Part shown: positions 1 to 7,521 of the stretch, in pieces | Position numbering within the stretch: position 1 is the first letter of the stretch | Layout: every line of letters starts with the position of its first letter | Origin: Candidatus Saccharimonadota bacterium | Lineage (GTDB): Bacteria; Patescibacteriota; Saccharimonadia; Saccharimonadales; UBA4665 | Length of the DNA stretch: 32,000 nucleotides | Direction of reading: 5' to 3' | Assembly (NCBI GenBank): GCA_002952755.1 | Contig: CP025011.1 | Coordinates: 1,230,001 to 1,262,000 of the forward strand | Made by a program: the position numbers and the translations under genes | The notes under the pieces: model-generated | Database searches by the model: none | The model's input: only the letters and a program-made list of their open reading frames with translations | Told to the model about the DNA's origin: nothing

Positions 1-599
1 TTGCCAATCTGCGAATCCTTATCGCCCAAAAGGCGCAGGACCTCAAAAGCCTGCAAGACGAATTAGAAATGCTTGAACAGGTTTTGGCGCGCAATAGCCT
101 CAGCGATCCAGCCAGTCGAGTTCAGTTCTACCCTGGACTGGCGGGCCGCAAACAAATGCTATGGAACGAGGCCCAGGCAAAAACGGAGGTACTCTGTATA
201 ACATCTAGGATCGACCAGCCAAAGACCCATACCACTTTTTACAATCGCTGGGTGGCAGCGTGCAATGCCAATGAGATCCACTTCCGCGAGATCCACAGTG
301 ACACCTTCCATGAAACTTCTAAAAATTGGTACGCCAAAAGCAATAATGATCACCTCCGCTTTTACGACGCCCGTTGCATAAGTAAGGCACTACTGGCCAT
401 TACCCACTCCGTAGATATATACGATAACGTGGTCGCCTATTATCTATGGAAGGATGGGGAAATATTCGGTATTGAGATGTACAATCAAGACATCGCCAAT
501 ATGCAACGGCGTTTCTTTGAGATACTTTGGACACAGGCAACGACTGAGGAGAATTCCTTTCTATCTAGGCCGAAAGCACTCAAGAAGCCTACAAAATAA
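1..599 (+). CDS. Hypothetical protein, 5'-truncated at window edge (coiled-coil stretch plus globular C-terminal domain; possibly the C-terminal part of a TrmB-like HTH regulator, tentative)
   Basis: ORF track 69..599. The same frame stays open back to nt 3 (ANLRILIAQKAQDLKSLQDELE precedes the listed Met). TAA at 597-599. The family guess rests only on remembered sequence patterns. Confidence 0.6.
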   Translation, partial: ANLRILIAQKAQDLKSLQDELEMLEQVLARNSLSDPASRVQFYPGLAGRKQMLWNEAQAKTEVLCITSRIDQPKTHTTFYNRWVAACNANEIHFREIHSDTFHETSKNWYAKSNNDHLRFYDARCISKALLAITHSVDIYDNVVAYYLWKDGEIFGIEMYNQDIANMQRRFFEILWTQATTEENSFLSRPKALKKPTK

Positions 600-634
600 A
601 ACTAGCCGGCATAGAGTGAGTATTCAAACCTCCG

Positions 635-737
635 GACACCCATCTCCACTCTCCAAGTAGAGCGTTACACGCAGGCCGACTAAAGTCGGTCTGGTTGCAC
701 TAAGCTTGACTCTACTTGGAGAGCTGAGATGGGTGTC
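635..737 (+). other. Long imperfect inverted repeat; predicted 103-nt extended stem-loop (unclassified structured element 3' of the upstream gene)
   Basis: Arm 635-662 GACACCCATCTCCACTCTCCAAGTAGAG is complementary to arm 710-737 CTCTACTTGGAGAGCTGAGATGGGTGTC at 26 of 28 positions (12 bp, 2-nt mismatch, 14 bp). Apical hairpin 672-693 CAGGCCGAC-TAAA-GTCGGTCTG (9 bp including one G-U). No U-tract follows. It lies upstream of the 749-777 promoter. Confidence 0.6.
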
Positions 738-748
738 TAACTTAGCTA

Positions 749-777
749 TTGACTAAATAGCATAAAGAGTGTACAAT
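749..777 (+). promoter_or_regulatory. Sigma-70-type promoter for the 832..1512 surface protein gene
   Basis: TTGACT (749-754), exactly 17 nt spacer, TACAAT (772-777). Downstream SD AAGGAG at 821-826, 5 nt before ATG 832. Confidence 0.6.
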
Positions 778-831
778 TATTTTCATATCTCATTCGGAGC
801 GAGAGACTTCGGGAGGGAGTAAGGAGTTCAT

Positions 832-1512
832 ATGAAGAGTTCTATTAAGATTGTAAGTTCGAGCATCACGGGCGTTGCTATTGCGGGCCTTATTGCCGCT
901 CCAGCTTTCGCCTGCACACCTAAGGGTGTCATCACCAAATACGTGCAAGATAAAACAACTAATAGTCAGATGGTTGACGCCAATACTGAGGCAAGCGCAT
1001 TAGTCGTACATCCTGGCGATACACTTATCTATACAGTTGTCGTCGGAAACCAAGGTGGTCCATCGGGAGATGGTGTCGATGACATGATCAACACCAAGAT
1101 GACCGACAATTTGCCTACTGGCCTGACGCCTGTAAGCGGCAGCAAAGCCATCGTCGAAGATCTTGGTACAGTCAAAGAACAGAAGACCGTTACTAAGACG
1201 TACACGGTGACCGTAGACGCCAATACCACTAATGGACAGGTCATCACCAACAAAGCTTGCTACACTGGTCAGGCAACCAATAAAGACAGCAAGCAGGACC
1301 AGGCCGGTTGCGATGTTGCCATCATAAAAATAAGCGTCCCCCCTGTTACTCCGCCAGTCACCCCTCCTTCAACCCCTACACCACAACCAGTGCCCCAAAC
1401 ACTCGTTAACACTGGGGCCGGTAACCTCGTTGTTCCAACAGGGGTGGCCGCAAGTCTCGGTTACGCTGGTAACATGCTTCGTCTGAAGCGTCGTGCTAGC
1501 AAGCGCGCCTAA
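832..1512 (+). CDS. Cell-wall-anchored surface protein: signal peptide, DUF11-like conserved repeat domain, Pro/Thr linker, LVNTG (LPXTG-like) sortase sorting signal
   Basis: N-terminal signal peptide MKSSIKIVSSSITGVAIAGLIAAPAFA. DUF11/TIGR01451-like core (GDTLIYTVVVGNQG...MTDNLPTGLTPVSGS). Linker PPVTPPVTPPSTPTPQPVPQ. C-terminus LVNTG, then hydrophobic stretch AGNLVVPTGVAASLGYAG, then basic tail RLKRRASKRA. Strong SD. Confidence 0.9.
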   Translation: MKSSIKIVSSSITGVAIAGLIAAPAFACTPKGVITKYVQDKTTNSQMVDANTEASALVVHPGDTLIYTVVVGNQGGPSGDGVDDMINTKMTDNLPTGLTPVSGSKAIVEDLGTVKEQKTVTKTYTVTVDANTTNGQVITNKACYTGQATNKDSKQDQAGCDVAIIKISVPPVTPPVTPPSTPTPQPVPQTLVNTGAGNLVVPTGVAASLGYAGNMLRLKRRASKRA

Positions 1513-1528
1513 AAATAAACCTACACGA

Positions 1529-1557
1529 AAAGCCTCCATTAAAATGGGGGCTTTTTA
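1529..1557 (+). terminator. Rho-independent terminator after the surface protein gene (possibly bidirectional)
   Basis: Stem AGCCTCCAT (1531-1539), loop TAAA, stem ATGGGGGCT (1544-1552), followed by a T-run 1552-1556. The reverse strand also gives the hairpin with a shorter T-run. Confidence 0.7.
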
Positions 1558-1569
1558 GGTTATACCTTA

Positions 1570-1827
1570 CTAATCCTGGGCGCAAACATCCGGGCACATA
1601 ACGCGTAGTCCTTTATATGCTGATTGATGACCTCTGCACAAATCACAGCGAGGCACAGCCGCTTCTGGTGAGCTAATTGGAGGCCGGTTAACAATCGGGC
1701 CAGCTGCTGACGCCCCTTGAGGAACCGCTCTTTCGGCGATCGGAGCGTTATACGGTCCAGCTAGCCCCAGGAAAAGTGCGATGCATCCCACCACATACGC
1801 TCGCCAGCGTGCCAAAAAAACGATCAT
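1570..1827 (-). CDS. Small hypothetical membrane/secreted protein (85 aa) with C-terminal CxxC...CxxxC cysteines
   Basis: ORF track. GGAGG (1837-1841, minus) lies 9 nt upstream of ATG. N-terminal hydrophobic helix AYVVGCIALFLGLAG. C-terminal PRCDLCRGHQSAYKGLRVMCPDVC. No recognisable family. Confidence 0.45.
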   Translation of the reverse strand: MIVFLARWRAYVVGCIALFLGLAGPYNAPIAERAVPQGASAAGPIVNRPPISSPEAAVPRCDLCRGHQSAYKGLRVMCPDVCAQD

Positions 1828-1867
1828 CTTTCTATACCTCCGCTACAAGGGCTACGCATACATACTG

Positions 1868-1895
1868 ACATAACAACAAAATAAGGGCCCTTACG
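1868..1895 (-). terminator. Weak candidate terminator after the lysS/KTSC-Ham1 unit
   Basis: 12-nt palindrome TAAGGGCCCTTA (1882-1893) directly after the TAG stop (1896-1898), followed on the minus strand by TTATTTTGTTGTT. The stem is short. Confidence 0.3.
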
Positions 1896-2696
1896 CTAGG
1901 TACGCTGCAGGCGACGCTGAAACGCATACCATTTTGCAAAATCATGCCACACACTCTCCGCGGGGACAACATTATTCCCCTCTTCTTCAAGCTCTGCGAC
2001 CGTCTTATCACTGCCTTCTAGCGCGACTACTCGCCAAAACGCATAATCACTTTGGCCACGAGGCACATCAACTATACTTCCCCACCTGTCCTGGGAAAAT
2101 AGCTTGATGCGCTTGCCATCAAAATAGACCACTATATCAGTACAGCTCACCGTATGATCCTTTTTATCTGACATGAGTAGCAAAAAATCCTCGGCGCGGA
2201 GCCAGCCGACAACTGCGTCCATATATCCACCGGGGAAACCACGGAGCGCCAGAATATTCCAATGAGTTTCAGCCAACAACACAGGACGGCGCAAGAGCTT
2301 ATAAGCTTCTTTTGCTCTTTGCTGAGTGATCTTCTTAGGATCGTCCGATAGACTATTATCTATGTCGAGATCAACTTGCTCTATGGCTATCGCATGAGGC
2401 TCGATTGCAGCACGAAGATCATGTACTACCCGAAGATTGTTGGCAACGAAAGCAAGCGGCGCATTCGCAGGCCCCTCTTTATCTCCATCAACTCGCTTGT
2501 ACCGATATCGCCGATTCACAAATGCGTAAAAAAATTCACCATATGATTCGGCGCGTAGGAAACGCTCATACACCTCGGGCTCAACATCGAAGTATTGGTA
2601 TATTCGACTCTCTTTAAACTCGATTTCGAGGGTGCGTATTTTGGCGTCATAGCCAATGGCCACAAGATCGGACGATTCTACAGTAATACGCTGCAT
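1896..2696 (-). CDS. Two-domain protein: N-terminal KTSC domain fused to a divergent Ham1/ITPase-like (non-canonical NTP pyrophosphatase fold) domain
   Basis: aa 1-68 (VESSDLVAIGYDAKIRTLEIEFKESRIYQYFDVEPEVYERFLRAESYGEFFYAFVNRRYRY) match the remembered KTSC (PF13619) pattern. aa ~80-250 follow the Ham1/ITPA layout (LAFVANN..., PVLLAETHWNILALRGFPGGYMD, FSQDRWGSIVDVPRG, TVAELEEE), but several canonical catalytic motifs are altered. Only 6 nt separate it from the lysS stop. Confidence 0.75.
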   Translation of the reverse strand: MQRITVESSDLVAIGYDAKIRTLEIEFKESRIYQYFDVEPEVYERFLRAESYGEFFYAFVNRRYRYKRVDGDKEGPANAPLAFVANNLRVVHDLRAAIEPHAIAIEQVDLDIDNSLSDDPKKITQQRAKEAYKLLRRPVLLAETHWNILALRGFPGGYMDAVVGWLRAEDFLLLMSDKKDHTVSCTDIVVYFDGKRIKLFSQDRWGSIVDVPRGQSDYAFWRVVALEGSDKTVAELEEEGNNVVPAESVWHDFAKWYAFQRRLQRT

Positions 2697-2702
2697 AGTA
2701 AT

Positions 2703-4241
2703 CTAAGGCTCATTAGCTGCTGGAAGATGTAAGTCTGGATAAAGCCCTCTCGTGACTCCATCCACCTCGTATCGCAGATGTGGAAAAATAACACCCTCAC
2801 GGGCAGTAACACCTTCTAGATACCAAAATAACCGCTCTGACAGGCCAAAACCACATGCTGGAGGCATCGCATACTCTAAGGCTTCCACATAATCGATATC
2901 GAGCATCATCGCCTCATCGTCACCGGCATCACGCATGGCTTGTTGTTCTTTAAAACGATTGAGCTGATCAATTGGATCGTTGAGCTCTGAGTATGCCTTA
3001 CAAAGTTCGGTGCCGCCCAGCAAGAGATTAAATTGTTCTGTTAGTTCAGGTTTACCAGCTTGAGTTTTGGCAAGCGGCTGCAAAAAGGTAGGAATATCAA
3101 CCAAGAAGGCTGGTCCAGCAATCGTTGTCCGTACTTTCTTCCAAAGCTTATCGATTCCGCGTGAACGATTCTCGGTCTGCTCAACTTCTATGTTGTGTTC
3201 ACGAAGTTGTCCCTTCACTTCATCAAGTGTCGAATTGAAGACATCTAAACCGTACTTTTCTCGAATAATATCGACAAAACTTACACGCGGCCAGTCCTGT
3301 TCGTCGAGTCCTAAGTCGACCTTCATCCCATTTGTTAGGCTAAAATAGCGCGTTTGCCAGGTTTGATCTGCAATATAACGCACCAGACGCTGCGTTAGTT
3401 TCATACCCTTCCGCCAGTCAGCATATGCCCAGTACCATTCCATAGCTATATGCTCTGGCAAATGCTCATCCGAATAATTCTCGTTGCGAAACCGTGGTCC
3501 AATATCAAAGACCTTCTCATATCCGCCCACCAAAAGGCGCTTTAGCGGTAATTCATGTGATATGCGTAGATAAAAATCCTGGTCGAGCGCATCCATATGT
3601 GTAACGAAAGGAGTGGCGTCCGCACCACCAGCAGTTACTTCAAGCACCGGAATATTAATCTCAATGAATCCCTCGCCTAACAAGAATTCACGTGTTGCCT
3701 GCCAAAATATACTACGACGCAAAAAACGTTCAAACACGTCATGGTTTACATTTGTATCAATATACCTGCGCCTAAAACGCTCCTCTTTGTTCGTAAAGCC
3801 ATCTTGTGTGTTTGGCAAGGGTCGAAGTGCTTTTGTGAGTAAGCGGAGCCTACGTACTTCAATCGATATCTCACCCGTTTGCGTCTTAATAACCGGACCA
3901 CTAGCTTCCACGAAGTCACCTGAGTCAAGGAGGGACAATTGCTCAATGCCAAGCTGACTTTGTTCGCTATTTAAGCCTTCGACTAATCCTTCTCGAAGAA
4001 AAAGTTGGACCGTACCGCTCGCATCCCGTATGACAATGAAGGCAATCTTACCAAACTTACGAATGTTAATAATCCTACCCACAACGCTAACCTCACGGCC
4101 TTGCAGTTGGTCAAACTCGCGTGTTACCTGAATTAATTCATGGCTGCGATTAGCGGTTGCCGGATATGCATTAATGCCAAGTTCTTTTAGTTCACCCAAC
4201 TTGCGCAGTCGTTCATCGCGAAAATCTTTAAGTGTTGCCAT
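2703..4241 (-). CDS. lysS: Lysine--tRNA ligase, class II
   Basis: 512-aa ORF with an N-terminal OB anticodon-binding region and class II core motifs (FRNE..., GGTELCKAYSELNDP, GFGLSERL). Confidence 0.97.
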   Translation of the reverse strand: MATLKDFRDERLRKLGELKELGINAYPATANRSHELIQVTREFDQLQGREVSVVGRIINIRKFGKIAFIVIRDASGTVQLFLREGLVEGLNSEQSQLGIEQLSLLDSGDFVEASGPVIKTQTGEISIEVRRLRLLTKALRPLPNTQDGFTNKEERFRRRYIDTNVNHDVFERFLRRSIFWQATREFLLGEGFIEINIPVLEVTAGGADATPFVTHMDALDQDFYLRISHELPLKRLLVGGYEKVFDIGPRFRNENYSDEHLPEHIAMEWYWAYADWRKGMKLTQRLVRYIADQTWQTRYFSLTNGMKVDLGLDEQDWPRVSFVDIIREKYGLDVFNSTLDEVKGQLREHNIEVEQTENRSRGIDKLWKKVRTTIAGPAFLVDIPTFLQPLAKTQAGKPELTEQFNLLLGGTELCKAYSELNDPIDQLNRFKEQQAMRDAGDDEAMMLDIDYVEALEYAMPPACGFGLSERLFWYLEGVTAREGVIFPHLRYEVDGVTRGLYPDLHLPAANEP

Positions 4242-4260
4242 ATCTGTTTTATCTTACCAT

Positions 4261-4288
4261 ATTGTATGGCTCCATCTCTTACCACAAA
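4261..4288 (-). promoter_or_regulatory. Possible lysS promoter
   Basis: Minus strand TTTGTG (4283-4288), 16 nt spacer, TACAAT (4261-4266), 19 nt before ATG 4241. Weak -35, and no SD in the short leader. Confidence 0.25.
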
Positions 4289-4328
4289 ACCCTTGTATGG
4301 CAAATACTTGACTCAAGAGAGCTAGATT

Positions 4329-4790
4329 TTAGCCGATTTCAATAATCTTGTAGGTAGCGGTCTCGACTGGAGTCTTAATTTCTACTTCTTCGCCCTCTTT
4401 TTTGCCCATAAGTGCCTTACCAATAGGCGATTCGTCGGAAATCTTACCATTGAGAGGGTCGGCTTCTACCGTTCCAACAACCTGGAATTCTTTTTCCTTG
4501 CCATCACTGCTCTTTAAGCGGACCGTGGAACCAAGCACCGCCTTACTGTCACCCTTAGGGGCAGTAATAACCTGAACGTTCTTAAGGATGTGCTCAATCT
4601 CGGCAATACGATTTTCACTGCGTTCCTGATCTTGGCGAGCAGCCGTATATTCCATGTTCTCGCCAAGGTCGCCAAATTCGCGGGCTGTCTTGATACGGTC
4701 GGCAATAACCGCCCGCTGGCCGATAAGCCCTTGCAGTTCGGCTTTTAATTCTTCTACACCTTGTTGCGTTAAATGAAATAATTTGTTCAT
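4329..4790 (-). CDS. greA: Transcription elongation factor GreA
   Basis: 153 aa. N-terminal coiled-coil with the conserved REFGDLGENMEYTAAR stretch, and a C-terminal FKBP-like domain (ISDESPIGKALMGKKEGEEVEIKTP). Confidence 0.95.
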   Translation of the reverse strand: MNKLFHLTQQGVEELKAELQGLIGQRAVIADRIKTAREFGDLGENMEYTAARQDQERSENRIAEIEHILKNVQVITAPKGDSKAVLGSTVRLKSSDGKEKEFQVVGTVEADPLNGKISDESPIGKALMGKKEGEEVEIKTPVETATYKIIEIG

Positions 4791-4855
4791 GATGTTATCG
4801 TTCTTACTCCTTAAAATCCTCTGGTAGTACTCGTTCCGTAGCCCGATGACAGTTC

Positions 4856-4864
4856 ATTATATCA
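4856..4864 (-). promoter_or_regulatory. Candidate extended -10 promoter for greA
   Basis: Minus strand reads TGATATAAT (TGnTATAAT) at 4864-4856, overlapping the proS stop codon. No convincing -35. Confidence 0.4.
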
Positions 4865-6592
4865 ATCCTCTTTGCTTTGGACGACCATATTTATCACCTT
4901 GTCTTTCGCGACCAGTTGTGCTTCTTGGGAACGACGCTGCTTGACTTCGTACTGGTCATTGGCCAGCGTACGATCGCTAACGACTACCCTATATGGCAGG
5001 CCAATAAGATCAGCGTCAGCAAACTTCTCACCGGCCCGCGCCGCGAGGCGATCGTCATATAATACGCTAACGCCAGCCGCAGTCAAGCTTTGGTACAAAT
5101 CGTCGGCATGGGCGATTACCTCAAGCGATTCACCGAGCGGGGCAAGATACACGTCGTAAGGCGCCAGATTAGCAGGCCAAATGATCCCCTTACCGTCATT
5201 GTGAGCTTCAACTACTGCAGCTAGAGTTCGGCCGATACCAATGCCATAACACCCCATATAATATTTTTGGCGCTTACCTTCTTCGTCAGTGTACTCGGCG
5301 TCGTGCATGAGATTGGTGTAGTGATACCCTAACTGGAAAATATTCCCAACCTCAATCCCCTTCTTTTCTTTCAGCAACCCCCCATCGGGACATGTAAATC
5401 CAGCCTTAGCCAGTGCAATATCTGCTTCGACATCAGGCTTATAATCACGATCGATATTGATATTGAGCAGATCGGCACTCTTTTTATTGTTGCCCCCGTA
5501 CATGTTATGCACGGTGCGTAAGCTCTTGTCGGCAACAACGACAACCTCATGCCCGCTCTTGACCCCTTTCTTGACAAAACCAACAGGGCTGATAAAGCCT
5601 GGCTCGCTAGAAAGGTCCTCGCGGATCTCCTCTTCGGTTGCAGGGCGCAGTTCCCATGCACCTATTGCTTGCATAAGCTTAGTTTCGTTTACATCGAAAT
5701 CGCCGCGAATAATAGCTAGAATGTAGCGCTTGGTTGCTTCGTCGAAAAACAATACGTCTTTTACTTGCTGCCATAGGGGTAAATTATGGAATTGCACGCC
5801 GTCTTCCATAGTGGCGCCACGGACCGCCTCCACTTCTTTAAGATCATGGAGTTCTTCGTCAGTGTTCTTAGCGTCGACCTTAAATGTCGCCACATCTTCG
5901 TGTGCGGCATAGCCACTTGTCTCGTCTACAAAATAGCGACTTTCGCCCTGCTCGCTTTCAACGATAAACTCGTGGCAGTACTCTCCACCTATATAGCCGT
6001 TGTCAGCAGCTACCACATCCACCTGGAGGCCTAATTCAGTAAAGATCGCTTTGTAGGCATCCCACATCTGCTGGTAGGTTTCCTTAAACTGTGCTTCGGT
6101 GCCAAAACTATAGCCGTCCTTCATAACGAATTCACGAACTCGGAGCAACCCCCCACGGGAACGCATCTCATCGCGGAACTTCATGCTGAACTGATAAATA
6201 TTAAATGGCAAATCCTTGTAGCTGACATTAAACTTGCGTACTAAATCCACGGCCATTTCTTCGGCCGTTCCGCCAAGTGCAAAATCCGCACCACGACGGT
6301 CGGTAATCTTCATTAGCTCAAAACTTGCCGTGGTGGTCCGATTTGTTTCTTTCCAGAGTTCCAGAGGATGAAGCGTTGGCATAAGGACTTCTTGAGCGCC
6401 TGCGTCGTTCATGTGCTTACGCACGACAGCAGTTATTTTGTCGTGTACAGCCTGGCCGAGTGGCAACATGTAGTACCTGCCAGCAACTGATTCACGGATA
6501 AATCCACCTTGGGTCAAGAGACGATGCGAAGGGATCTTGTAGTCCGCCCCTTCTGTCTTAGAAGTCCTCCCAAATAATTGTGAGACCCTCAT
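4862..6592 (-). CDS. proS: Proline--tRNA ligase (bacterial type with INS editing domain)
   Basis: 576 aa. N-terminus MRVSQLFGRT...HRLLTQGGFIR, class II motifs, an insertion domain and a C-terminal anticodon-binding domain. SD AAGGAG (6599-6604) lies 6 nt upstream of ATG. Confidence 0.97.
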   Translation of the reverse strand: MRVSQLFGRTSKTEGADYKIPSHRLLTQGGFIRESVAGRYYMLPLGQAVHDKITAVVRKHMNDAGAQEVLMPTLHPLELWKETNRTTTASFELMKITDRRGADFALGGTAEEMAVDLVRKFNVSYKDLPFNIYQFSMKFRDEMRSRGGLLRVREFVMKDGYSFGTEAQFKETYQQMWDAYKAIFTELGLQVDVVAADNGYIGGEYCHEFIVESEQGESRYFVDETSGYAAHEDVATFKVDAKNTDEELHDLKEVEAVRGATMEDGVQFHNLPLWQQVKDVLFFDEATKRYILAIIRGDFDVNETKLMQAIGAWELRPATEEEIREDLSSEPGFISPVGFVKKGVKSGHEVVVVADKSLRTVHNMYGGNNKKSADLLNINIDRDYKPDVEADIALAKAGFTCPDGGLLKEKKGIEVGNIFQLGYHYTNLMHDAEYTDEEGKRQKYYMGCYGIGIGRTLAAVVEAHNDGKGIIWPANLAPYDVYLAPLGESLEVIAHADDLYQSLTAAGVSVLYDDRLAARAGEKFADADLIGLPYRVVVSDRTLANDQYEVKQRRSQEAQLVAKDKVINMVVQSKED

Positions 6593-6613
6593 GTGTAACT
6601 CCTTACTCTATAA

Positions 6614-6619
6614 ATTGTA
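6614..6619 (-). promoter_or_regulatory. Possible -10 box (TACAAT) for proS
   Basis: Minus-strand TACAAT at 6614-6619, about 21 nt upstream of ATG 6592 and just upstream of the SD. No good -35 found. Confidence 0.3.
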
Positions 6620-6644
6620 TGTGTAAATTGACTAAAAACGGTTA

Positions 6645-6675
6645 TAAGAAGAAAACTACGGCCTCTAGGGCCGGG
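6645..6675 (-). terminator. Weak candidate terminator after the CPBP protease gene
   Basis: Minus strand CGGCC-CTAGA-GGCCG (6659-6673, 5 GC pairs) followed by TAGTTTTCTTCTT. Confidence 0.3.
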
Positions 6676-6735
6676 ATCATGAGAATAATGCTACCAGTGT
6701 GGGTATACTGTTTCATCTCCGGCTAGTATAGCACA

Positions 6736-7521
6736 TTACTTACTGACAAAAATGAAAAGATAGAGATAGGCGACGCCATTCTTGAGCATATGTAAGAAGA
6801 CGCCAGACCACAGGCTGCCAGTCCGTTCCCGCAATGTGCACAATCCCAAAGACAGAATAAAGGTATCCAGTCCGCCTATCCATAAAAGCTTCCCATCACC
6901 TTCTAATAAATGTGGGATGGCAAAGAGGGCACTTACAATGAGCGTAGACCATACAAAAGGCAGTCGCTTGCGCAAACCACCAAAAAGCACGCCGCGGAAC
7001 AGCGTTTCTTCGACTAACGGTGGTAATACGACCAAACTCACAAAAGTCAACATTTTATCAAGATTGGTAATAACTACCGTAAAACCTATATCCTGTTTTT
7101 GGTCCACCTGTATATATGTGAACAGACCCACCACCACCGTAGCGACAACCAATAGAATATAGTACGCGATGCCCACTAGAACCGCCCAGATAGGATCGCT
7201 TAACCGGGGCTTCCTCGTAAATCCAGCTGCACGAAAACCGCCGCGCTTCCGCAAAAAAAACCACAATATAAGAAGCGTCAATCCTTCTGCTAGGACTACA
7301 TACACGAATTGACCCAGAGTGGAATTGACCCATACTTTTGCGTGGCCTTTGGTCATGTGTACTAGCAAGGGCACAATAATGACCACCCCAAGAGAAGCGA
7401 ATTGAGCAACTACGAAAGAAACAACGATCATGATCAACCCCAGCCCTGGGCCCCAGGACGGCGTCGGAAACACCCTGTTTTTGCCAGGTGTTAATGTCTT
7501 ACTAAAAGAATCTTCTGACAT
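6736..7521 (-). CDS. CPBP-family (CAAX/Abi-type) intramembrane glutamic endopeptidase
   Basis: Polytopic membrane protein with the three CPBP motifs: EETLFRG (EExxxR), FAIPH (FxxxH) and HMLKN (HxxxN). Its start overlaps the rseP stop by 20 nt. Confidence 0.85.
   Translation of the reverse strand: MSEDSFSKTLTPGKNRVFPTPSWGPGLGLIMIVVSFVVAQFASLGVVIIVPLLVHMTKGHAKVWVNSTLGQFVYVVLAEGLTLLILWFFLRKRGGFRAAGFTRKPRLSDPIWAVLVGIAYYILLVVATVVVGLFTYIQVDQKQDIGFTVVITNLDKMLTFVSLVVLPPLVEETLFRGVLFGGLRKRLPFVWSTLIVSALFAIPHLLEGDGKLLWIGGLDTFILSLGLCTLRERTGSLWSGVFLHMLKNGVAYLYLFIFVSK

Noticed and set aside
454-660. 68-aa plus-strand ORF overlapping the 3' end of the first gene and entering the hairpin
   Set aside because: It is out of frame with, and nested in, the longer ORF. 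Its basic low-complexity translation is not supported by any start signal.
635-737. Hairpin considered as SRP (4.5S) RNA, tRNA-like element or intrinsic terminator
   Set aside because: The rod-like shape and ~100-nt size recall 4.5S RNA. However, the conserved domain IV elements (GNAR tetraloop, AGCA/GGAA-containing loops) are absent. There is no cloverleaf, and no U-tract for a terminator. It is kept only as an unclassified structure.
2405-6034. Assorted 60-126-aa ORFs antisense to or overlapping lysS, greA and proS (e.g. 3067..3348, 3613..3957, 4872..5159, 5457..5726)
   Set aside because: They are fully embedded in well-supported conserved genes, mostly start at TTG/GTG in the track, and have low-complexity Ser/Arg-rich translations. 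They are treated as noise.
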